Origin: Amoebophrya sp. A120
Taxonomy: Eukaryota > Protista > Dinoflagellata
Direction of reading: 5' to 3'
Assembly (NCBI GenBank): GCA_905178155.1
Contig: CAJINV010000021.1
Coordinates: forward strand, 607,530 to 671,529
Length of the DNA: 64,000 nucleotides
The position numbers were made by a program, and so were the translations under genes. The notes beneath the pieces were generated by a model. It made no database searches. It had not been told where the DNA came from and saw only the letters and a list, made by a program, of their open reading frames with translations. Positions 55,114-64,000 of the stretch are shown here, piece after piece. Numbering within the stretch: the first letter of the stretch is position 1; each line of letters starts with the position of its first letter.

Positions 55114-58100
55114 CTTCGAGCTGCTTTGAGACTTGCTCGGTGAGAGACGTGATGCAATAGGCGGGGTTCATCTTACCCTCCGTTTGTACAGGCTTGGTGG
55201 CCTTGTCCTCCTGCATCGTGGAAATATTTTCCGCCGAGGTGATAGCGTTTTTCTCTGCAGCTCCAGCTACCGTGCTCGTCGTCGACTTGGACTTTTGGAA
55301 AGTGAAGCTGAAAACCTGATTTTTTATTTTTGTGCGAATAATTTTGCTAGATTTGTCCTTAGTAAACTTGTTCCTGCTGATAAGAAACAAGTATAAAAAT
55401 GCCGAAGATGGCGGGGTTACCAGAAGTACAACTGTTCGAAGCTCAAACTACTACAAAAACTGGAGGATCGCGTGCTCAAGTATCGCTGTGGTGCGTCTCA
55501 ATCTCTACTGCTAAACTCCTACCTTGTTGCCACCCGCCTGCTGCTCCTCTCCATCGTTCTTTCCAGACGTCTTTGCAGCCCGTAGTTTCTTCTGGTCTTT
55601 CTCCCTAGCTCGCCCACGAGAAGGAGACTGCTCGTCATCCGAAGAAGAAGAAGAGGATGCTTCTCTGATCTTTTCCTGCCCGAGCGCTTTCTTATTTTCT
55701 CCTGCTGCTGCCCCTGCCCGCTCGTCGTGATGGGCCTTGTGCAGTCCCTGCTCCAGTTCAACGGTCTTTGTCTTCGCATTCTCTTCGCCCTTTCGCGATT
55801 TCTTCCCAAGAACATCCCTGTCCGAGTCGGTTTCCACCTGAAATCTGCGAAAAGTGCCTTTATCATTGCGGTCGTCGTTCTTGCGATCCCTAGAACAACT
55901 GCGGCGAGGGGAATCCCGACTCCTGCGGCGCCCAACCGGTCCGCGACGCCCGAGATGAGTGGACCCGCGGCCACCAACTGCGCGTCCCGTGGTTGTAATG
56001 TCTCTGCGCTCCGCGGTGCGGTCTCGGGAGCGCGAGCGGCGACGGCCATCACGAAAATTGTCACCTAAATTTGATTTGCGTATAAAGAATAAAGTGGTTG
56101 CTTGAACTACGACAGGAAATCTATTAACCGTAGCATATTTATCGAAGAGGCAAGCGCACGCCGCAACAGTCAGATATCGAAAAGACTAACACACGGAAAA
56201 AAAAGTAAGTACGTCTCCCGCCGTCACGGTCTCCTCTTCCGCGGCCCCTGGAATCCCGGCCCGGTGCGTGGTTCCGTCCGCCGCGTCGTGCAAACCGGCC
56301 TGCTGTCGAGCCGTCCCGATGGCCACCAGCCCGACGGTCGCGCTCTCCAACACGCCGATCGCCACCTGCACGGGAACGACGCAAGCGATCATGCTCGCGC
56401 GAACTTTTGGCACTCTCGTCCCGACTTTTCGTTCTTTCGCGGCGCGGCATGGAGTTTACTCTCCCACCTTCACGACGTGTGTCTTCTTTAGAACTCTTGT
56501 CCCGAGGGTTCAGATTCTGACTGCGACCACGAGAAACACTTTTCAGAACGATCTTCTCAACCCGCGGCTTAGAACTACCGTGGTCTACTTCTCGCCCCTT
56601 CGTAGTAGAGACGCCTTGCTTGTTGTTATCCTCCTCTTGGCGGTCATCTTTGTTCGACATCACTTGTTCTTTCATCTCCGTATCCTTTATTACCTTTTTC
56701 GTCATATTATCCGTGCCATCCTTATTCCCTTTGTCTTCGCCAGAAGCTGTCGTGTCTGCCTTCTTGTCCGCGTCTTTCTTCTGTTCATCCTCTTCCTGCT
56801 TCAGAGCGTCCGAGAGGGAAAGACTGTCAGCGCGAACCGGATTCTTTTTCGACATGTTGCTAACGCCGCTTAAACTGCGTTCAGAGGATGATCTCTTCCT
56901 GTCACGACCGCCCTTATGGCCGTCCATCTGTTCGTCCCGGTGGGAGGGAGAGGACGAATCGTCGGATGATGACTCATCGGAATGATCTGATTTTTTCTTT
57001 TCGCTCTTATCGACGTGGTCCATAGAATCTTCACCCTTTTGTTCCTTCTGAGTCTTTGTCTTACTCTTCGCCTTCGACGGAGTGGAAGAAGGTAGTTTTA
57101 ATTTCTGCAGCTCGAGCTCTTCCTTCGCGTTTGCCTTGGTTTTCTTGTCATCCGCAGTTCCGGCGGAGGTCTTGGTTGGTTTTCTGCCGGCAGCAGCGTC
57201 TTTCTTATCCGGTTGCAGCTGCAGCTTGTTCGCAGTCTGATCTTGCTTCGAACGGCGACGAGGAGGGGATGACAACGCGTGACCCGAGGACTTCATCAGC
57301 TTCATGTCAGCAGCACTAACGATTTTATCCTGCCCCACTTCTTTCCTGCCCATTTTGGTGGTTATGAGAGTGCACAACCCCCCCTCCCCGCCCTCATTTG
57401 TATGGCATGAACAGCAACACAAAGAACAACAGAAAAGGGGCTTTCGCATGACAAACCTGGATGTACTAGATTGTAGTTACTATTTGAGAGAGTTCTTCCA
57501 AAATCATTTGTCATTCTAACAGGGCTTACGAGCTAAGAACTGTGGATTTTGTATTGTGCTTACATTTACAAATGAGGAGGAGGGGGAGTTGTGCAGTCTC
57601 GTAGCATTTCTCAGCACGCGCATGGAGGAAGACGCGCTCGACGAGTTTTTACGGGCGTTGCTCTGTCGTTGTCCCTTGCTGCTCTGCTTACTTGCGCCAC
57701 CGCTCGAAGACGATAAGTCCTCGCTGTCACTGTTCCCGCGGCGACCGCGACGCCGTTTCTTGGCAGGCGGCTTCCTACTCTTCTTGCTCTTCTTCCCCTC
57801 CTCGCTAGAAGAGAAAGGCTCGTCTGATGCCTCGTCTTTCCCCCGTTTGGAGGTGGTCTTCCTTTTGGTTCCCTTTTTCTTGCTGTTGTTTCTGCCGTCC
57901 GCTTCACTGCTGTCTTCAGCATCTTCATTATCGGAGTTGCTTGTGTTATTTTTGTGCTCCTGTTTTTCTGGTGCAGCTTGGGGCTTAGATTTATCTTTCC
58001 TAGTGCCTTGCGTTCCAACGTCGTTATCTTTGCTGGTAGTTTTCTCAGCCAGTTTGCTTTTGCTCCGGGGGGCAGGACCAGCGCCAGCGTTCATCTCCGC

Positions 58101-61100
58101 ATCACTTCCATCCGCGTTGTCTGCTTTGGTCATCGCCGCTCCTTTTTCCTCGCCGTCTTTCTCGGCACCGGCGGGAAAAAGCTTCTTCTTCGGCTCGCGG
58201 GGGTGATTGGTTCCCTCCAATTTCCGCACGAGGCGCGTCCTGCTGTCCGTAGGGGAAGGGCTTCCCGCGCTCTCACCCTCCTCCCGGCTCTTCCCTGCCA
58301 CGCGCCGCTGGAACCGTTCCGGTCGGTTTTCGCGCTTCTGCGGCGGGGCGCGCGCCTTGTCCAGCCAGTCTTTGTTGTTTTTATTTCCGGTGGAGGACGA
58401 GGCCTTCTTTTGGTTGTTCGCCGCGTAGAAATATCAAATGCAAATATGTCTGGGTCTGGAAACTTGTGATGCGAAGAAGGGAGTAGTGAGCTCACTGTAA
58501 TGCGCTGCCAAGCATGACAAGTTTTTTTCATGGTACTGAGTTGCGTATTCCGGCGCATGAGACGCTGCGTTTTTGCATGACAGGGAGGAAGAGCTCTTCG
58601 CGGCCACGCAATACAGAGTTCAGAGTCATGCCAGATTATGATTAATTGCGTGACAAATCTCGCAATCTCTCAGACCCAGACATATTTGCAATCGATAAGG
58701 AAGCAGGCTTCTTTCCTCCAATCGCGGACACCACACCAATTTCCGACTCGTCGAGCGCTTCTCCGTCGTCGTCTAACAGGTCGGCTTTATTGTTCTTCAA
58801 GACAGGTCTACGCCGGTCGCGCCGCGAGGGACTTTTGCTTGTTCCCTTCTTGTCAACAGAACTCTTTTTACTCATCTTCGTCTTCCTGCTGCTGATGCTT
58901 TTTTTGGATTTCGATTTCTCGTTGTGGGATGAAACAGCCGCGCCGCGGGAAGATTTAGATGAGTGCCGCGAAGACGAGTTTTCATTCCGCCGAGATCGTC
59001 CTCGTTTCATCTTCCCGGGTTTCTCCTCATTGTTTCTTTCGGAGTCGGATTTATGGACATTTTCTTCCGAAGATGAACCTCTGCGCGATCGGTGTGATGA
59101 GTCCGATTCGGAACGACCGGAATCTGCTTGCTTGGTGAGCTTTTTCGACGATTGCTTGCTCTTCGCCTCATCATCTTCGTCAGAGGAGCCCCGGTGGTCG
59201 CTGTGTTGACTAGCAGCGCTCTTGGAAGAATGTTCGTCCATTTCGTCGTCGTCCACAGATTTGTCATCTTGCTCGCGCGAGGAATCTTCTTTGTCCGAAG
59301 GCAGCAACTTCTCAGGCTTCGATTTCTTCTCTGCGCCAGATTTCGCGTTGTCGCGGTTCGCGTCCGCAGTTCCACCTGGTTGATCTACCTTTTCCTGGTC
59401 CTCGTCCTGCTCCACCTTGTCGACATTAGCATTACCGTCGCCGGCCTCCGCATCATCTTTTTTGGCCGCCAGCTGTGGTTGTGGAGCGTTCTTACCTTCA
59501 TCTCCCGAAACAACCGCGTCCACTTCGACAATCACTGTCTCCTTCTCGACGTCCTTCTTCCCGTCGTGGTCAAGAGGTTGATTCCCAATTCCTTTGCTCC
59601 CACCAGCAGGAGCCCCTGTCTCATGGACGCGAGATGGACTGTAGTTTGTCCCACCGCGGCGCTGGCGCTGGTGTATGCATTGCAAAACAAGTCGTATCGG
59701 ACAAGTATAAATCGCATCACAAATTCGCTCAACATGACATCAAATGGAACTTGTCATGCTGAATTGCCTAGGCAACCAGATTTGTCATGCTGGCGCAAGA
59801 TTGGTATTTACACGAGTACAGCGACGCTTTTGAAATGCATATGTTGCCAGTCCCGGTTATTTCCACGATCACCTCGGAAACCACCTCCTGAGAAAAATTT
59901 GATTTCTTGCAAAAAGTGATGTTCTTCTTGCCAGCATCGATTATGTTTTCTAGTGCCTGCTCCTCATCAACAGTTACAGTAAGCGCCCTTACGCGAGGAC
60001 GAGCAGGTTTCCGTCACTAGAACGAATCTTCTCAATCAGACAAGCAGCGAACGAGCCGACGGTGGCGTAGAGTGGATCTAGATACAAAATTAATTTCGCC
60101 CAACACGAAAACGCGGCCGGCTTTATCATACATTATTTCCTGTCGGCGAGCACCAAAACTAGGCTCTTAATATGCATTGTAAACCATACCTTGCTGTTGG
60201 CCTCGGCGATCATGCGTGTGGTACGCGGTGTGGCCCCGGCCGCCGCCACGATGGTCCCCTCGGTCGCGACGGTCTCGCCCGCGGCTCCGACTGCTTCGCG
60301 TGAAGTTGTTCCGGCCGTGATTGTAGTTGTCTCTCCCGACGCCGCGGCCCCGAGTAAAGCGATGATCCCGGGTTGTAGTGGTATCCCTGTTGAAGCTCCT
60401 ACCAGTAGCAGCAGTGTCACGGCGATCGCGATGGTGAAAGCCATTTCCTTTCCCGCCCCGGTCATCATTCCCGAAACGGCTGCCGTCGCGGGCGGAGCGG
60501 GAACGAGAGCGGCGAGTAGAACGATTTCTGTTATTCGTTCCCGTGGTGTTTCTGTTTCCGTCGCGGCTTCTATTTCCTCGCAGATTGTTAGCCGGGTTCT
60601 CCTGCAAGTTGATGTTTGTGCTGTGCCTGCCCGACCAGTCGGACTGCTTGCCACGACCTTTGTTCGCTCCGCCGCGTCCGCGACCCCCTTTCGTCCAGTT
60701 ATTTTTCCCCGCCCCTTTGCGGTTGCTCCGATCGCCACCCTGATTCCCTTTCGAAGACGCGTCTCCGCGACGGCGACCACCTTCGCCTTCCTCCGCCCCC
60801 AGTGTGGTTCCTTTCATCTGCTCGCTGCGACTGCGGGAGCTGTTAGAACGGGAAGAAGAGGACCGAGAGTGCTGCCGAGAGCGCGAGCGCACTGGCGATC
60901 TTCGTTGGTCGTGGTTGTCCGGGGGTAAGTTGATGCTCAGAGGCGCAGTTTTCTTGTCGGAGGTGTCTTGCTTTTCGGCGCAACTACCTTGCGTTGCTTT
61001 TTCACCAACATCAGCAGTTGCGGTAGCTGGTTTGCTCGCATTCGTTCCTTCCGAGGCACGACCTCCAACTGGAGTCGCGCCTACCGATGATACCGCCGTC

Positions 61101-61465
61101 GTAAAAGCAGCTTGCTGTACATCAAGAACCGCCGGTGCAGGACCACCACCTCCCGCGGAGGCGGAGGTGCCACCAACGTCTTTAATACCCTTCTCCGACT
61201 CTTTTCCCTTGGATTGCAAGCCGTTATCTGCGTTCTCGGCTAACAAGTTGTTTCCGAGAGAAACAGGAGGCGGGACCTTGTTGGACGAGGATCCTTTACC
61301 GACCTTGGATGAAAAGAACCCCCTTGTATGGGTCTGAAAACTTCTTTCTGAAGCCGGCTGTGATTCATAACACATACGACCAAATTCGATTCTCACGTAA
61401 AAACTGTCGGGACAACAATTACAATGAATGTCATTTTCCGTCGATCGTCCTTTTATTTTATGCAT
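55114..61465 (-). CDS. Large charged Arg/Ser/Gly-rich disordered protein exons; possibly the 5' half of the 36267-48898 gene
   Basis: Series of long minus-strand ORFs; joins checked at QQQG-GGFRG (GT-AG), DWQ-QRQRR and KPAS-YAANN (elements); start and some junctions unresolved. Confidence 0.55.
58432..58697. mobile_element. Introner-like TIR element, TCTGGGTCTG family
   Basis: TATCAAATGCAAATATGTCTGGGTCTG...CAGACCCAGACATATTTGCAATCGATA; repeat AGAAA/AGGAA. Confidence 0.9.
59674..59841. mobile_element. Introner-like TIR element, family A-like
   Basis: TATGCATTGCAAAACAAGTCG...CGACGCTTTTGAAATGCATA; repeat TGGTG/TGTTG. Confidence 0.88.
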
Positions 61466-63763
61466 GATTGTTGTTTTTGTAAGTACTGAGAAGAATCGAA
61501 TTTGGTGGTGCTGGCACCAACCGACAGAACGATGAAATGCTCACTCTGCATAATCCACCGAGGAGCCCGACGAACTGCGGTCACTCACCATCTTGTTGCG
61601 AAATTTATAGCAAGGAAGTCGTGAGATAGAAGTTAGCTCGCGGTATTGAAAAAAGCGTGAGGGTGGGTATACGGTAGTAAGTATTTTTTCAATGTTGCTC
61701 TTGAAAAATGTTCAGGTACTTTCGGATTAGGTTACCTTGTTCCTAGACAGAAGCTAATGCGTCCTCAATTTTAGCTGCTTAATGGAAAAACAAAAGTTAA
61801 ACAGGGCACAAGTACCTTGATAAATTCGCAGAAGCTTGTATGTCTATGGTGTACAAGTGACGCTACAATAGAACGGTGGAACAAATCACACAACTTTCAA
61901 ATTCTTAAATCTTGAAAAAAAGATTATCGCACTCAGAAGTGCTCGAAAGTCCAAGTCTAGTTACAAAAAAATTCTTAAGGATAACAGAGAACTCAACCTT
62001 CATCAAATATTTTTTGCGAAAACGGTAAGGATCGTAGATACTCCATCGAAAACAAATGTATGGAAGGCGCAAAAAGTTGTGAAAAAAACACAGTTTCAAT
62101 CGTCGATTGTGGCTACTCTTTTGTGTCTTTTCGATCGTTTGTGAGTGAAGATTTTCCTACTTTTGGTCGTGACGAAAGATATTTTTTCCGATTCCGGTAT
62201 TCAGTGTAACAACAACTTTCTTTGTGGTGAACTACAAAAAGTGCCGCCACACGGAACAGATGTGCTACTGATAAACAGATCACAGAGGAGTGGTCGCGCG
62301 CTCCACGTACGGCAGAAAAGAAGACTTTTGTTGAGAAAAAATCAAACACAAACAAGATGTCAACAGTGTCGATTAGAAGATAAAGTGCCGGATTTTCTAT
62401 ACCTCTTTTGATATTTTTATCGATACGATAGTGATAGAAATCGCATAGACGACTCACGTAAAATTTAAAAACTTTTCACAGTTTGATAAGTAGTGAAGTC
62501 CCTCTGGACTGATTACTTACAATTAGTCGCTGTATTCATTGTCGTTCATGCCACGCGAGCTCGTCTCGGTTCCTAATATGTTTATTTTTGTGAAACATTC
62601 AATACCCTCCGTGCTGCCTTGGTAGGTAGAGATAATTGCCACCTGTACAGCGCCACTGTACAGGCTTCATGGGCACCACTCATGGAACATAGTCGCACGC
62701 GCAGTCTTGACAATACCCTACTCATACTAGTGAAAGTAGTCCTCGGATCGTCTCTATCTTCGCGAGCCCATACCGGTACCAGCAATGGAAAAAATCTTCT
62801 TCTCGTCATGCTCATACAAAGATAGAGGTATGTGACTGCAAGAACTATCGCTTGAATATTGAGATCATGTTCATGATCGCGCCGCTTCAAATCATGAAAA
62901 CAATTAACGTTGAGGATTGACTTTCCTGACAGCTGGCTTGCTGGAGAAAAAAAGTGCAGACCACTTTCAGACGTTTACCTCTACGAAACCACTTGAATGA
63001 AGGATCCTGACTTCTGTATGCTTCCTAGATTGAACAACAAGAATCTTGTGGAGAGAAAAGCAAGAAAAAAATATGCCACAGCAACAACAAACAGTGATAC
63101 TTGTTATGAGCACCGCCCAGGTGTTCGTGTTACTACATCCGGGGCACCGCAGCTCCTTCTAATTTTGCAGGTGTTCAAGCATTATTGATTTTGCTTTCGT
63201 CGTGACTTTCGATACATAGTACAAGTTGATGATGTCGTGACGCGTTTCATTTTCTACTCACCACTGCTGGGTAGCACGACAGTGGTCTGGTTCTTAATAA
63301 CCATGTACATATTCGTATTATAGTGTTCTGTTTGTCTGTCAAGTCGTTTTGTTCTTCTTTCCGAGGTTATGTTGAAATTCCAATTTCTATCTTGCCAGGC
63401 CGTTGCCGGCTTGCTAAGCCACCACGAACTGCTTAGAAGTTCATTTTGTTTGGAAAAATAAAAATTCAAACAGGTCGAAGTCGAAATCTGATGAAAAGTT
63501 ACTTACATTGATTTGGCCATCGTACAACAGAAAAATCCTACTTAATTCATTGTGACGAGAAAGTAGCGAGAAACATACTTACTTGAAAATTCTTTTTCAT
63601 CTCGTTGACCGTCTATCTTGCGATATTTGCACCATGACACAACTCCCCTCTACACGTGCAGGCGCTTTTCTATTGGAAACAAAAAGTATGAAACCACAAG
63701 AAATAAATGTTCCGCCCTCCTCGTCGCTGCAATGATTTGATGAAGCAGAAGCGCAGAGCGGAT

Positions 63764-64000
63764 TCAACTAAAATCGTAGCTGCTGAACCCCACGCCTCGT
63801 TGAGGTCGTTCCTGCTCCAGCACAACGGGAAGAACTGCTGCGACATCTTCAATCCCGGTAGTAGTTGCTGCACCCCCGCTAGCACCAGCTGCAGAACTTG
63901 TTCCGCCGCCGTAAGTATGCACCAGATCCGGCTGCGGCACGAGCCTCGGGGCGAAAAATTCCTCTTCCCCAACAACCGACGTTCCCTCGCGTTTCCGGAC
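63764..64000 (-). CDS. Probable 3' end of a further minus-strand gene (partial)
   Basis: Frame open from the window edge: VRKREGTSVVGEEEFF...GFSSYDFS*; composition like neighbouring exons. Confidence 0.4.
   Translation of the reverse strand, partial: VRKREGTSVVGEEEFFAPRLVPQPDLVHTYGGGTSSAAGASGGAATTTGIEDVAAVLPVVLEQERPQRGVGFSSYDFS

Overview
Eukaryotic genomic DNA, most consistent with a syndinian dinoflagellate such as Amoebophrya: there are two copies of the dinoflagellate spliced-leader motif, every recognisable host gene is on the minus strand, and genes are broken by non-canonical introns. The dominant structure is 36 short (153-508 bp) MITE-like elements with TAT...ATA termini, terminal inverted repeats and usually a 5-bp direct repeat. 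I checked by hand that removing an element plus one repeat copy rejoins the flanking ORF fragments in frame, so they behave as introner-type introns. This yields an MCTP-like C2/PRT_C membrane protein (10 elements), a signal-peptide hypothetical protein (4), a complete Cu/Zn superoxide dismutase (4, plus 1 in the 3' UTR) and very large low-complexity proteins, one with an LRR-like domain. Unrelated element families share an internal GCATGACAA-like motif, and some families occur in both orientations inside one gene. Also present are an apparently full-length RTE-like LINE whose 5' end is the spliced leader, an intact Ty1/copia element (377-bp LTRs, ATATG TSD) with gag and pol separated by one in-frame TGA-CTA and an atypical PBS resembling the antisense spliced leader, four identical 29-nt repeats flanking a second spliced-leader copy, and two palindromic-motif arrays. 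All of this comes from manual reading; splice models need RNA confirmation.
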